Part shown: positions 49,201 to 64,000 of the stretch, piece after piece
Numbering within the stretch: the stretch's first letter is position 1
Layout of the letters: every line of letters begins with the position of its first letter
Origin: Lingula anatina
Taxonomy: Eukaryota > Animalia > Brachiopoda
Direction: 5' to 3'
DNA: 64,000 bases
Assembly (NCBI GenBank): GCA_051362555.1
Contig: CM120649.1
Coordinates: forward strand, 12,152,001 to 12,216,000
Position numbers and translations under genes: made by a program
The notes under the pieces: generated by a model
What the model was told of the DNA's origin: nothing
Database searches by the model: none
The model's input: the letters and a program-made list of their open reading frames with translations, nothing else

Positions 49201-49944
49201 CCTCTAGTTCTGTTAGTTTTTAGTCCAAAGAAGTTATACAAGATCCATTAAAGATTCAGTTGAGATAATGTCTGTGCATAACAAAAAGGATAAAACAACA
49301 GCCAAAACTTATAACATAAACAGCCACAACTATTTGTAGGAGGTTGACTCTTTAATACGTAAAGATATCTTCTACAAAAGACAATGAACTACTAACATCT
49401 GTGGATGAAATTTCACAAATTCAAGGGTGACTCTTAAACAGAAATGCCACTACAGTGTTGCCATCTATTGAAAAGTAAACACACCACAAGTGACAATAAC
49501 AGGAGGGAAATTCACAGAGACAATGGTGGGTGAAAATTCCTAAGGCAAAAATAACTGAAATATAGATGTCACTACAGTAGTGCCACCTACTGAAAAAATA
49601 GACAAATCACAAATGACACCTACAGGAGGGAAATTCACAGCGACATCTATGGGTGGAAATTTCCAATGCAAAAAATGACTGAAATATAGATGTTGCTACA
49701 GTAGCGCCATCTACTAAAACATGGACAAATCACTAGTGACTTCTACAGGTGGAGAATTCACAACATGCTAGTAATGCAGAAATTCCCATTAGAAATGAAT
49801 TAAATGTGATATGTTCATCAAGAATTTGAGACACTGGCATGCCAGGAGCTAACACTAGGAGATGCAAAATAGATGAAGATTCTTGAAAATTGGCAAAAAA
49901 TCTGACTCCATGCTCTTATGCCAATTCAAAATTGTTATACAATA

Positions 49945-49975
<31 letters not shown>

Positions 49976-52900
49976 TGTAATTATCCCCTGCCTTCACTTA
50001 CATAAAACAGTATAATTATGAGATCTTTTTTGGGGAGAAATGATCATTACTGCCTTATGTTTACATACAAAATCATGCTGTACATTCTCAAGCTTAGAGA
50101 GCCTTGAGTGTGTGGCACTGGTATGGAATATTTAACAGAGTTATTTGGGTGAGTTTAGTGTAACAGTAACAAGTAATGTGAAGGTAAGTGAAGTGTAATG
50201 ATAGTAAGTGAAGTGTAAGGGTGGTGAGTTTAGTTTCACAGTGGCAAGTTTAGTATAACAGTGGTAATTTTAGTGTAACTGGGGTGAGATCAGTGTCACA
50301 ATAGTGAACAGGATTAAGAAAACTCTCTGGTAAGTCTTCATAATTCAATAAAAACAATGAAGTATAAATAAATAATAAATATAAAAATAAATTTTCGGAT
50401 CAATCCACCCAATCAAACTTTGCATTGGAGGTGGTAAATTATTGCCAGAAATGGACCAGGAAATTTAACTTTCTTCTTTTTCTATACACATGCCCAAAGT
50501 TGTCTATACTGAGAAGCCTAACCATCCCCAATGCTCTTTCAGCAACTGCTACTACTACTACTACTACTACTACAACCACAAACAAACAACATATTGCTGG
50601 TTCACATCCTCACAACATCACAAAACACAGACAAAAACAACAAATTTATAAACAAGAGGAAAAAATATCAAGCAAAAAAGAAGGCATCCCATCCTTTTCA
50701 GAATCTGAAAATCTTACAATTAAGTCACGAAATCCTCCAGTACCTAATATAACTTTGTGATATATATTTTTTGCATCTGGTAAACCAACACAGACTTAGA
50801 TGCCTTCTTCAAAAAACAACACAGAAGGATTTCAAATATAGTCAATACAGTATGTCTTTGATCTACTCATTTCAAAGCATACCAATTATTTTTTTTCTAA
50901 ATAGTTTATTTATATAATTATTTATTTATTATTATTATTTTTTTTTAAATCTTAGTTACTGGAAAACTTAAGATTCATTTGTATCTTATTATGAAGCTTT
51001 TTCAGAAATGAAGGCAGATTTAAAAAGAAGGGAGAACAACCTCAAATATTCTCAAATGCATATTTAATCAGAAAACATTCAGGTTAGGATCACAATGCCA
51101 CAGAATATGATATATGATTATGAAAATTAATTAAAAAGATGTCAACAAACTAAAATTTGTGGACAAAGGCAAATTGTGATAAAAGGGAAGATGAACTTTT
51201 ATGGTCAAGCTTCATATGTATTTTTGTTGAACAGATATAAAAATGTACATGTATCTTTTCAATTCTTTTTTCTTTTCAATTATGGAAGCATAACATTTTT
51301 GTTTCTCTTTGATTTAAATGACATTTCGAAATGCCCCTAAAAATGTTTGCCCAGAAAAGAATTAAAACTGTCCTTTTTAAAATACTACTTGATTTTTTCC
51401 AAGGAAATCAATGACAGGTCAACATAAGTTTGTAACTGAAAGGCACATAATTGAAACAGTCACCAGTGCAGCACATATGATAATGGTAGGTGGAGGTACA
51501 TCAGGGGACAGATATACATAATTTTATGAGGTAAGGTAAACATCGGTGGCAGTGGTGGGATCAAAACACTAATTGCCACACTAATTTTCTTCCAAACCTA
51601 AAAAAAGCTGTCAACATTCTCCCAATAAGTACTTTTGGGTTTTGAGTATTTTCTTTGAAAAATCAGCAATACTTGTCAAACAATAAAGACATCTATTTGA
51701 CATTTTTCAAAATGTTCTTACTCCAACTTAGTGGAATACTGGGTGATGGTCATTGCAAGCTGCACAGTATGTGGGGAGGGAAATAAAACAGCAAGACACT
51801 AGCCTGAAGTTGACATCAAAATGTGCTACATTGGTGGCAACGAGTGGGATCAACATAGGAGTGACCTACCTGTGACACGCCAATTTTCCGACAAGCTTCC
51901 AGAAAGTTTTCGACATTCCTGCGACATTTGGCCAAGCTAAGTTTAGGCTGCAAGAAGAAGATGAAACTGCATGATATATCTACTCAAACAAAAATATATC
52001 ATTATATGTCATTATGCTACATTTCAAGGCCAAAACAAAAATTCATATATACAAACAGGAGTCTGACTGTGAGCTTCACTTGTTCACTATTGACAATACC
52101 CTTGATTCTTTTACTCATGACAGATTTGATAACTTGGAGAGAGAGAGAGAGAGAGAATGCACGAGACTGTATGCAAAAACAAGTATTTTCCACCCTACCA
52201 CTGCAGGTGAGGGCACATGTATGCTGAGCACAGAGCGCGGCCGCACGTGGTTGGCTAGATGGCACAGTACGACGCCATCCTTGAGGGCTCCTGAGAGGTC
52301 GTCTGGCAAGGTCACTTTTAATCTGCATTCTATGTTCTGTTGCCATAGAAACATAAATATATATACATATTCAAATGGGAATGTAGATAATATCATGCAG
52401 CACTTACATGACCTATTCCCTATTCCCATAGACACCAGTAGTCTACATAGATAGATCTAACTCTGGAGACCATCACTGAGTGCAATCAGCTTGACAGAAT
52501 ACTATCATAATCACCAGCTTTTCTGTATTCTAATCAATCCCAGGAGGCATGCCATTCAGTTAAGCTAACTGCACTCATAAGAGAGTCCCCACAGAGTCAA
52601 ATGGATCGACATAGACCAATGGCATTTATGGGAATGGGAAATCTAATGTTTGTATAAAAATTTACCAGAAACAAATTACAATTCACCCTCTAGAAAATGT
52701 ACTACTTCGTTTATATCTAGCAAATTCATCCTTCATTTAATTAAAAATGTTGATTTCAATTTGGGCTAAAATCAATGCACTTGGCTTAAATCATCTAGAC
52801 ATTAAGCCACAAGATACGTCAGGTTAGAATGAGCTCCAGGCCACCATTCACACATACGTAAGCTCACCTTTCTTAGGTTGTCCATCTGCTGTATTTCTTC

Positions 52901-55900
52901 CCTCACTCTCTCCATGTGTCTCCGCACTGTGAAGTTGGGGTTGAGGCTGGAATAGATGTCGCCCTCCTCCTCGTTGTGGTGAGTGTGACTAGCACCAGGT
53001 GAGTAAGCTGAGAAAAAATGGACCGAGCGTAAAATTCATGGCAGATATGGATACTCACCTACAGGAACTGAAAGCCACCTACATGGAACTCAGTTTTGAA
53101 AGGAGAATGTAATACATCTGTGCTTGTGAAGTGTTTCAACTGGATGAAAAATGGAATTTTTATGATACTACTCACTCTCAGTTGTAATCCTTAGATCTCG
53201 CTGACTGAACAATTTTATCTAAGTGGCACTGAGATGCACGTCTTGTGTATTGTGATGTTGAAGAAATAATCTAATTGAATTTTTGTAATTATCATGAATC
53301 AAGTTCTAAGAATCTTAGCTGAAAAGATTTTCATGGTTGGCTCGTCTTGGTCACTGTAGGAGTACAGCCCTCTAGTGGTTACATATAGACCCACATCATA
53401 GTGACCCAGATAAGAGTGAAATGAACTTTTTACTTGCACATTTATGAAGGTCATCAGTTTGAGATTAAAAAAAAAACAAGGCAGCAAAGCTGTCAAATGT
53501 ACAGACAAAAAGAAGGAAAAAAACAAAATAGGGTACAGTCAATTCTGATGCAAAAGTACATTATGTTAAACTGCAAATTCAACATCAAATTTTAATTATG
53601 CTCAACAGGTAATTCCAATGTAAGTAAAATGTGTAACAAGCATAAGGCTTCAGCCCCATAGGAGTTCAAGTTCACACTCTGAAAATGTATAACTTCCAGA
53701 AAAAGAAGTCAATTTGACTGCTTTTCTCAGGCTGCATTTTAGTCCTGTATTTCTTTTTTGAAAGTTTGGCAATCATAAGTAAGATGGTTTTCCCATAATG
53801 GTTTTCATGGCAGCAGCACCCAAAATTGTGAGTTCTTCTATTCTGATGCAATATTACATAATGGTTAACAGCATAATGACAATCAATTTTTAATAATAAA
53901 ATAAAGGTATCATGGATTTTCAGAAAATGTGACTAGCATGGGTCTTCAAGCCTGTGGAACTTCAAAGTCACACCTTGAAAATGCCAATATGTGAAAAATT
54001 AAACTTTCACAAAAAATCTGTTTAACCGACAGAAAGAATTACCAAACAGATTGCATTGCCTACTGAAGCTGTATTTAAGTCCCATGTTTCTTTCTGTAAG
54101 TTTGAGAACAGTAAATGACATGGTTTTCCTTAAATGGTCATCATGGGAGCAGTGCCCAAAATAGGTTTATTTTCAAATTTTGATGCAATATTACATTATG
54201 TTTAACAGCATAATGATCATCAATTTTTAATAATATCATGTATATTCAGAAAATGTGACTAGCAAAGGTCTTCATGCCCATGGAACTTCAAAGTGACACC
54301 TTGAATATGCCAAAATGTAAACTAGACAGCACTGTGCTGAAATGGGTTTATTTCCATTTTTAACACTTTTTTAATATAAGATGAAATAAACAGTTTACTG
54401 CCATTTTTATATGATCAACTAAGAAAATTGATGAGATGGGACAAATATCAATAGAACTGTGTCAAATGTCCAATTTCCTCCATTCTGACATTCTGAACAT
54501 AGTAAATGATTGAATCTGACTGATATGAGTTTATTTCCATTTTTGACACTTTATTACACAATACACGATAACAAGTTTACCATCATTTCTACATAATCAA
54601 CTAACAATGTTGTAAAGATGCAGGAAATGTCAAACAAACACTTCTATGTGTCTTATTAATTAAATAATAAGACTGTTAACATGCCTAAGAATTGAATTTG
54701 AGGAAATGTGAAAAAACAGCACGACTTCTAAAACAATGGCCCGATTATACTAATTTTCAAACTCAACCTGCATTTCAGTAAGATTGACCACTCCTGTGAG
54801 TTTAATGACAATTGGTCTATCTGTTTTTTCTTATATTGTGTTTACAGTGTTGCATATATGCTAAAAAGTGAAAAAACAGCATAACTACTAAAATAGTGGC
54901 CCGATCATGCCGATTTTCGAACTTGGCCTGCGTTTTAGTAAGATTGATTACTCCTGTGAGTTTCATGACAACAGGCCTATTGGTTTTCCTTAAAATGTGT
55001 TAACAGGGTTGCATATATGCTGAAAAGTGAAAAAACAGCATAACTTCTACAATAATGGCCAGATCATGCTGATTTTCGAACTTGACCTGCGTTTTATGAA
55101 TATTCATCAGCTCTGTAAATATAAAGCCAAAAAGTAAAACTGCCCTCCACTTATCGTGTTAACAAGGAAAGTGCACGGCGCCAGCATCGGCATCGGCGAC
55201 GGCGACGACGGCGACGACAGACGCAGGTGATGGCAATATGTACAGACACATCTGTGTCTGTACATAATTATACTTCAGGATATTTTAAACAAAATTTAGG
55301 CAGTTACCAAGGTTGTCAACAGTACAGCACTCGAAATGGACAGAACAACTGATAAAAATATCATGATGAACAACAGAATAAAATCTAAACTACTAAAATA
55401 TATAGAATACATCTTGTTGGTGTGGGGTTGGTAGTTCCATGTTAGTACAACAACTTACAAATCTAGGAAACAAGACAGCTACTACGAGTAAAATTTCTGC
55501 CTCCACCTTCTGATGACCATGACAGTTAACATTTACAGATACACATAAAACATTTTTTCTATGGACAAAGACTCTTAAACCAACAAAAAGAAGGATCTAC
55601 CTGCTAAAAAAGACATTAGTGAAAGGTTTAATATCCAAGCATTCCATTTTTTCATCATCTGGTACAGGAAAATTTTTCATAAAATTCAACATGCAAGGGT
55701 CTGAATTGTAGTATTCTAAACAAACATCTAAGTTTTTAATCCTTCATGAAAACATGCACAAAGTCGGGTTCACATTATGTACATGACAGCTCAGTTTACA
55801 AGAAACAAATATGAAAACTAAACTGGATAAAGGTAGTTAAGAGAAATATTAGTAATCTTCTTATAAATTAGCACGATTTGATATGTTCTCTTTTTGCACT

Positions 55901-58900
55901 AAAACATTTCCATGCACTAAATAACAAATGATGTAACAAGTAATACTTTGAAATATTAGGGGTACAGCTAAAACTTTCTCAAGACAGATAATCATCCAAA
56001 GAATACATTTTCAAAGACAAAATTTAGACAACTTAAATTAGACATCAGCTTTGAAACAATAGGCCTTTTGCATTAATTTAAATGACTAGATGTTGTCTTC
56101 TTTTGTTAAATGAAGATCTTGTTGTTTAATGAAGAGTTTGCTCTCCAGTAAAAAGAATGCTGCAGAACAAGTTCTTCAGTAAACAAAAGAAGTCAACATC
56201 TTGTCATCCAGCTGCAAAAGGCTATTACTCTTTAATGTTGTAAAATTTTCATCAGGCACTGATTTTTTGTGTAAAGCAAAAATGCTTTTTATAGCTTATA
56301 GCTCTACCCCCATTTCTTTATTTCTAAGGTTAGAACAATAAAAGCAGGCCCCGTACCACTTCTGGGGTAGAGGTTAAAGTTGCCAGCACCACTAAGGGAA
56401 GAACTATTGTTGGTAGTAGGAGTAATACTAGTAGTGGGTGTGGAAGCAGTACCATCTTGGCTGCAGGTGGAGACATCTAGGCTCTCGTCTGCTGACCTTG
56501 ACCCTGTCGATGTTCTCTGTAAAATTGGAAGGGAATGATTATAACTGAACGGTTCTTTCCCACATATTTGAAGATATTTGCCACGTGTAATTTTGAACAA
56601 AGATTTCAATACTGTGAATAAAATTACACAGCTGAAAAATAAGTGTAAAATTATTCTCTATTAAACTACCAATGCAATGTAAAAAAAATATTTCATCTAA
56701 ATTAAAGTTATCAATTTAATGTTTGTATTTAAGTCTAAATAATTGCTTCTGCCAACCTACATAAGTATTGTTTCAACATTTTCTTTTATAAAATAGGTCC
56801 TATATTCTCATTAAAGTGCACAGCTATTTGTTTTATCTTGTGACTCATATACAAACTACATCACACACAAAGAGCCAACACAGAGCTAGGCAAAGAAAGT
56901 TAATTTCTCGCATACACAATCTACAAATCTTGCTTCATTTCTCTCTATCTGGTGCTTGTATTGTACGTTTGCAACCCAAAGACTATCACGGCAGGGTTTC
57001 TACACCAGACCATTCTTTAAAATGTCATCTGATGATGATAATCCGTCTTTTTATATTTGAACATAGTCCTGATGTGAACACAACCTACCCAACAAAACTG
57101 AGACAAAATAGTCTAGATCATGAAATAGTACTTGTTTTTATAATACAAGGAACTTTGCAGAACTGCTGGAAAATTCAACTTAGAAATATGACAAAAAATA
57201 TATGCCATGTAGCAATAATAAAACTGCTACAAAAATACTACAACTTAAGTGAATGATAAAAGTATACAATAACAAAGCACTTGTATCTGGAAAACCATGC
57301 TCAAGCAATAGGAGGAACCTTTCAATAAGCAATGGTTTCTGATAAAGCAATAGTTGTGGATGCTGTTAGTGACAAGCAAAATTGAGTGAAGGTGGGAAGA
57401 AAAAAAAGCTGGGCTCATTCTATCAGAATATATCTAGCCAAATGTTAAACGTTTTTAAGTGGCCGAAGAATGAGTACAAAAATTACATTCTTGGTTTCTT
57501 TTCTTTTATTTTGGAGAACTGTAAAATTTGATATGGTAAATATTACAATTCCAGTATTATTCTGGAGTGAGCCCAAAGGTGGAAAAGAATCTGACAGAAG
57601 AGAATAATATATTTAAATCAAAACAAAATGCAACAATTAAAACAATTTAAGTGAAATGCATAGTGTACCAAAATCTAACTGATAAAACTAAAAGACATCG
57701 AATTCTAAAATTCAGTAAATAAATAAATAAATAAATAAATAAAAATTACACCGAGTGACCCCCTAGAGTTTTTTAAGCACAGTTTTTTTCATCCCCTAAA
57801 ATCATAGTGCATGTAACTAACTTACCCTATACACAAAATTATGCACAGCCTCTTTCTGAATTTTTTTGATGCGCTGTTTTTCTTCTTCCATACGCCTACG
57901 CACCATTTGTGCTTCATGTCGCTGCTGCTGAAGCAAGGCTTCGCGGCGCTTGTGAAATTCTTCCTTCTGAGTGATTTGAAACAAAGGTGCAGAACAAAAA
58001 TCAAGGCATTTACCCATGCACCAAAATTACTGTTAGTTGGTTTTGAAGTTGGAAAAGCACTTTTTTCATTTTGAAAGGAATTCTGTATGCTTGCGTTTAT
58101 AGCAAATTGGTAACAAACACAGTAAATAAATAAAAATCAATCAGTAAATAAAATGAAAAATGAAATAAATAAATAGATACAGAAATAAATAAATATATAA
58201 AATACTTAGAAAAAGTTTTTTTCACAAAGAGAAAGTTGCATCAATGTACATGCCTCATTACAAAAGTTGTCAAAGTTCAAGACAGTGTAAGACATTTGCA
58301 TATCATTTCCATAACAATTTGCATACTTCCATTCAAAGAAATAGAGGGCAGCTGTGTCAGCCAGTGACATCCAATCAGAAACATTGTAACATACAAGCTG
58401 GTTATGAGTTTGCTATGTAAATAGTAGCATTTTACAAAATATAAATATTTTCATGAAGTAAATGAAAAAAAATAGTTTGGCAGACAAAATTAACAGCAAA
58501 CTACACAAAAAAAGGCCTATATGACACATATTAGTATTTCTTAGTTACATGAAATATTTCTGGATCCCTGGTAAAATACCTAGTGGCCGTCCCTGAATGT
58601 AAAATTAACCTCATCTTTTATGTACAGAACAAACTATGAAATACCATCTTAGGTTGAGGCAGCTGTGAATGACTTAAGTTGTTTTGAGCCTTAGCAGTCC
58701 ACCAGTCAGGGGTAGACTGATGACTATATGGCAGTCCATCAAATTATACTCTCAAATATTTGACTGTCTATGTTTACTGGATGCTTGAGGAAGTAACTGC
58801 TCATAGCAAGATCAGTACATGAACAAGTCTGGAGAATTCCAAATCCTTCAAATCAGTGATGTGGCCTGCTGTATTGAACTGGTACAGTCTAAAATAGTGC

Positions 58901-61900
58901 CCAGGTTGCTTTCATAAGGAACGGACCAGGAGGAAATGACTGTCAGCTAGGTCGCAGTGAAAATATGGCAGTGTTGAATTGCACCTGACTGTTATTCTGC
59001 AAGGGGTGGGGATTGGGGGGGGGGGGGGCGAGATGGGGATCAGGAGGGCAATCAGCCTGATAAAAGTATATGTTGGTTTAAATGGACTTACCGCTGTTCC
59101 ACTGTGATTTATCACGGGAGGCTGGTAGGTGTAACTTGGTCCAGGTGATGTGGGACTACCAGGAGATTCTGTCACACCACTGAAAGAGGAAAGGACCAGA
59201 ACATGGATTAGTATACAAATTATGAGGTTTATTAGACTGCCAGCTGATGTAATAACACTCACATTTTCTGCAGTCCATTCCTGGAAGGTCCTTTTTTATA
59301 CTCTATAAAGGTCGATAGAACTATTTGTGTGCCTTAAACTTGCACTGCACAAACTTACTTATTCCTAGCATAGTCTTGAGATTCTTGACTGGAGTTCACA
59401 TCTTGGAAGGAAGAATTGACGACTTCGTGCCCTCTGTAGTTGTTATTGTTATTGTGAAAGCGTTGTTTATCCTCCACTAAGTACCCGGCTGGTGGCGTGC
59501 TGGAGGCAGCATCCGGCGTGACAGGACTCTCCATTGGTAACCTGTGACTGAAGATATGATAAGTATAATGTTGTAATGACTCAGACCAATGAAAGCATAT
59601 CACAGACTATCTTTTACTCAAATGAAAAGATTTAGATTTAACCAAATAGCTTTAAATTTAAGTAATTTTTTATCCAAAAGATAATTTTAAGTGACAAACT
59701 AGAACCATTTTTACATATATTTTTTATTATATGACGCTTTTGGGGGAAAATTATAAGCCCACATGAGCTTAATGCTCGATCAATTTTTAAATTAACTGCC
59801 CACTTCAATCCGGTATTTCATCTCTGCACAATCAGATTTCAACAACAGGATATTCAGCTATAGCACACATCTCAACAAAAAGTTTTCAACATTATCACAT
59901 GTATATAAATAAAACGGTCAACATTAACAGCTGGGATACCAACACCCTGATTTTGCAAGCCAATATAACAAATAAAGCAATTACTCTCAGATTTCAAATA
60001 ACTATTCAAATAGTTTGAATTCTTTTAAAAAGAAAAATTTAGAATGAAATATGTTTGAAATCAATGAAAGCACCACATTATTACAGCCCAGTAAGGCAAA
60101 ATAAGTAATAATTTGTATTTTATTAAATCGATCTTACTTGAGCGGACTAGATGATTCCTCTTTTCCTTCGTAATTTACAGTATTTACAACAACAGCAGCA
60201 GCATAGCTAGAAACAACAACAGCAAAAGCAACATCTTAACATTAACAATACAACAGGTAACATCCATGAAGCAACAGCATGAAGCTATATCATACTGATG
60301 CCACAAAATAAATAAATAAATAAATTCCATCAAACAACATCCCTAAAAATGGTTAATGACGATCTTTTTAGAAAAGGCATTACTCTTAATTTTGATTAAA
60401 CATTCCAATCTCTTTTGTCAAATTTTCCAATTAAGACCAAATTAATATGTGTTCTTTACATCCAAATGTCAAACCTGAAGAGTGATTTTTTTAGTCATTA
60501 ACCATACCCCCCTCCTCGACCATAAACAACTAAAATATCAAATTTCCACTTATAATACTATTTTACAAAGAAAAAAAATCAAAAAGTGAAAAAAAATTGT
60601 TTTCATGCATCACTCCAGAACAATTTCCAGACAAACACCATAGACAGTGACAGTCTAGCAATAAACCGATGACAAGTGAAGGCGGATCATACAGGAGCCA
60701 GAAAGCCCCCCCCAGCGCCTCCCCCCCCCCCCACCAGCCCCTTCATTAACCCATGACTGTACAATCACAATCTACAGCTTGTGAAAAAGCCAACATAAAG
60801 CACCACTACTAATGACCATTAAAGTACAGGCACTAAAGCAGCACTGTTCTGGGCTCAGTATTTAAACTTTATTTAACTAACTAAACAAAAATGAATATAA
60901 AAAATTGCCATTGGTTAAAAAGGTTTCACCATGACCACGTACACAGAGATGAAAGTGGACCTTGTGAGAAGAAATTTGTTGAATGCAAGCACCCATGGCG
61001 TCCAGCTCTATTGGGGGGGTGGGGGGGGGGAGCATAAACACAACACCCAAATATCTAGATAAATCTCAAAGACTTTCATCTCTCTATATTCAAGCCTGGT
61101 GAGAGCCTCACTACAACAAAAAGCATCAAACATCCCAGACATCAAAGCAGACAAATGTCACTAACATCAAATACAACTTTTTTATTTTATTTCTGCTGAC
61201 GATTTTGTCCTTGTTTACAAGAACCTGAATACTTTTTCATTTACAAATCACATGTGATCACAACAACTGACTCTTTCACCAGCAAACAGTGGCAATCACC
61301 TGTTGCTAAGGTAACAGTTATCAACTGTCAATCTCCGCGGTCTTACCACCTCCGCCCTCCAGCCTCTGTGTGAGCAGCGTTAGGAGAAGATAGAGATATT
61401 TTCACACTTCATGGCTCAATCAGGTTTTATTAAGGTCCCATTTTAGTCCAATTCCCCACCCCTACCTTAATACTTAATACAAAAGCACATCTGATTGCTT
61501 GTGTAAGATAGTGCATTAGTTGAGTTCAAATCAAGACATGCAATAAAAAACAATGAAAATATAAAAAATAGATTTTTAAAATATGACATTATTTTTATAA
61601 TCAAAGGATATGAGGTTCAAACAATTTTATCTATAAATATTTTGAGTGAAAGGAACAAACTGTCCTTCCACTTCAATACCAATTTCATTTCCAAAATGGT
61701 CACCTTTGCTATCCCCCTGCACTCTAATGTTTTTTAAAAAGTAGAGGTATTAAAAATCAGACTTCAGCTTACCTTGGCTCTGCTTTCCTGCGAGCCTCCT
61801 CCCTCTGTCTGTCCAGTAGCACCTTCTGCTCTTCTTGTAGCCGGAGTGCCGCCCTCCGCCTCTCTTCTCGCTCCTCTTCTTCCTCTTGCTCTCTACGAAT

Positions 61901-62667
61901 ACGCTCAGCGTCTCGTTTTTTGGCAGCATAATCTGCCCGCTGTCTATTTAGCTCCTGGTAGATGATAAATTTAACGATGACAGTCAAAATAATGGAGAAA
62001 AAAGAGCTGGTTTCAATGCAGCTGAGATCGTCCAAATCAACAAATTATATAACTGTTAAAGAAGAAAGCAACCCGCATTGTTTTTATCTTTTGAGACATA
62101 AAAAGGTTACCGAACAAGAAATTTTACGCAGAAAGCACATTACTCCGAGTACAAACAGATAGACAAGGCTGTCTTAAAGCAGTTGCTTCAAACTTGGAAA
62201 GGAAGGTACGAAGACAAGCATGACATAAAAAATTGTGCATTTTGATTGACAAATGTGATTTGAATATAACAGTGAATATCTGACAACTACAGTGCAAAAC
62301 AGGTGGTTACAAGCTAATAAAGAAAAAATGATATGTATCTTCACAAAGCATGTGCTGAAGCAGGAAAAGAATCCATCAGCTCTAATAGCCTTTCAGCAAA
62401 AAAAAAAAAAAAAAAAAAAATTCAAACACAAACCCTGGTAAATTCATCTTCTAAATTCATATTTGACAAGACGGGCTGTGGAACAAAATCCTCCCCTGGG
62501 CTCGTAACCTGCAGCAGGTTTGGTGCCACTGATTTCCCAACAGGGCTTGGGTTGTTAACATCGGGAGACCACCGTCTCTGATATTCTCGTACTTTCTCAC
62601 TTCGCTGCTCTTTCATGGAAGCAACTCTTACAGCCAAACTGCTGGCTTCATCAAGCCCATTGGTGAT
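43222..62667 (-). CDS. LRCH: 3' half of leucine-rich repeat and calponin homology domain-containing protein (LRR exons lie beyond the window)
   Basis: Phase-consistent exons: 62667-62434, 61954-61773, (60206-60138 cassette), 59541-59359, 59179-59092, 57966-57826, 56516-56357, 53007-52868, 52336-52199, 51947-51870, 43404-43222. LRCH signatures PNFTVRR..E..REE, IE.RLKVTLP.DL..AL.DGVVLCHLANHVRPRSV.SIHVPSPAVPKL..AKCRRNVENFLEACRKIGV. Exon A ends in a C-terminal TM. Confidence 0.9.
44322..48438. mobile_element. HINE-like element with an expanded 146-bp satellite array, copy 2 (in LRCH intron)
   Basis: Same termini, hairpins and microsatellite as 37814-40316. About sixteen 146-bp units and three ~300-bp modules. 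Confidence 0.75.
49440..49790. repeat. Three diverged ~122-bp tandem units
   Basis: Recurrent ctacagt..gcca(t/c)cta(c/t)t.aaaa...acagg.gg.aattcaca at ~49450, ~49572 and ~49696. Confidence 0.7.
53474..55268. mobile_element. Second HINE-like family element in an LRCH intron
   Basis: Starts aacaaggcagcaaagctgtc. Sub-terminal tgtacagaca (~53498) is inverted relative to the 3' hairpin atgtacagacaca-tc-tgtgtctgtacat (~55238-55265). (CGGCGA/CGA)n microsatellite. Internal ~160-bp tandem units (54708, 54868, 55027) and duplicated ~350-bp blocks. Confidence 0.65.
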
Positions 62668-64000
62668 CTGATAGAAAATGTTGCAAGACATTTTGTTGCA
62701 TGTCGAGAGTATCAAAGAATAAGCTTCTTTACAAAAGCTTCAAAAGCCATTCAAAGAGAAAAAAGAATATTTCTTTAGGGTTAATAAACAAAAAGCAGAG
62801 ACTTATAACTTCTTCATGCAAACAAATTTCAAATAATTGCTACACTTTGGTTTTGGAGAAATTCTTGTTGTCTTTAAATCAGTCGCACTCCAGTTGATTT
62901 TTCAGTCACTTGTATTTCTGGTCAGAAATGACATAATATGCATAAAATAAGTGTTAAGTTTTGTAAAATAAGCAACCATTACAAATGCCATTTCAAGAAA
63001 GCAAAGTTGACATGCAGCAGTTGCATTTATGTCATTCACATTTATTATACTATTGTTTTTTTTTTTATTTTCAGTGACTGAATTGACCTTCTCATGGCAT
63101 CTCAATAGTTAATTACTTTTCAAATAAACAAAATTATAAATAAATATATTAATGAATTCTGAAAAACCCACTTCCAAAAACATAACATAAGATTAATCCT
63201 AACTACAACTTAATACATTACCCAAAATTCTTAAACAGATGCACAACTAACTTTCCTGTCTATACTAATAAATATAAAAAAGAATTTTTTATACTGCAAT
63301 CTTGTCAATGTTTTTGGTTTTCCACATACTCAACTTCAAAAAGACCATACTCAACTGTAACAATCTGATTATAAAGACAAAACCCCATGAAGAAGAAGAT
63401 GAAGAAGGATTTGACATGAACTGTTTAAAAAAAAAAGCTTACACTAAAAACAGCCCAGTTCACACCACCAGATTTTAAGAATACATAGGTGCTCTCATGT
63501 TATATGATCCAGTATGTTCTCGTCTAATTTATTCCTTATGTGACCAGAGCAGTCAGAACAGAATTACTCACATATTGTGCAAAGGTGCTGTGAAGGTCTG
63601 ACAGGATATAAAAATGATGCTGGGCACAGTGTCACTAAAAAACTTGGCATCAAAAAGTTGTACTTCTAACACCGTAAACTGAGGTGATTTTGCCTTTACC
63701 CACTACATGACAAAGTAGCTATGAATCTGAAACTGTTTCCCACTTTTTCTACAGTAAAAACCATGTATTTTCAGGTAAGTTGACTACTGTCTTTCTATCT
63801 TGACTAAAAAAGGACCAACAATTTTGTAAGTTCTTCTGTGAACTGTGCCCAGATAGAGGTGTATTCAGACACAGACTGCAACTTGAAACGGTTTAGGTCT
63901 AAATGACACTTGACAATAAAATCATTACGCAGTATTCAAACATGGCAGACTGTCTATTGAGAAAGGGCATTACAAATTAGGATGACCCATCTCCCAAAGA

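Noticed and set aside
61347-61365. Micro-exon in LRCH (cacacag|AGGCTGGAGGGCGGAGGTG|gtaag)
   Set aside because: 19 nt would shift the frame between the phase-2 neighbours. It could be a poison exon, but nothing supports that.

Overview
This is AT-rich, intron-containing DNA from an animal, probably a marine invertebrate (the taxon is an inference), not a prokaryote. By reading GT-AG junctions and phases by hand I find five genes. (1) The last exon and ~4 kb 3'UTR of FNDC3 (+). (2) A 5-coding-exon ankyrin-repeat plus tandem death-domain gene (-, ~816 aa) with a cluster of NF-kB sites upstream. (3) A 16-coding-exon gene largely invisible in the ORF track (-, ~651 aa): signal peptide, N-terminal His-brace LPMO-like copper domain, three CHRD-like repeats and a GPI-type tail, with a candidate TATA/CLEAR promoter. 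This is the most novel item. (4) An intronless-CDS GLUT8/Tret1-like sugar porter (-). (5) The 3' half of an LRCH gene (-) with two alternative last exons, one ending in a TM anchor and one in a PDZ ligand. Non-autonomous DNA transposons are abundant: an Academ-like element carrying a RecQ helicase remnant, a TA-flanked Tc1/mariner-type MITE, Harbinger-like MITEs, and Helentron/HINE-like elements with 146-bp satellite arrays full of nuclear-receptor DR1 motifs. All gene models were assembled manually and family assignments come from motif recognition, not database searches.
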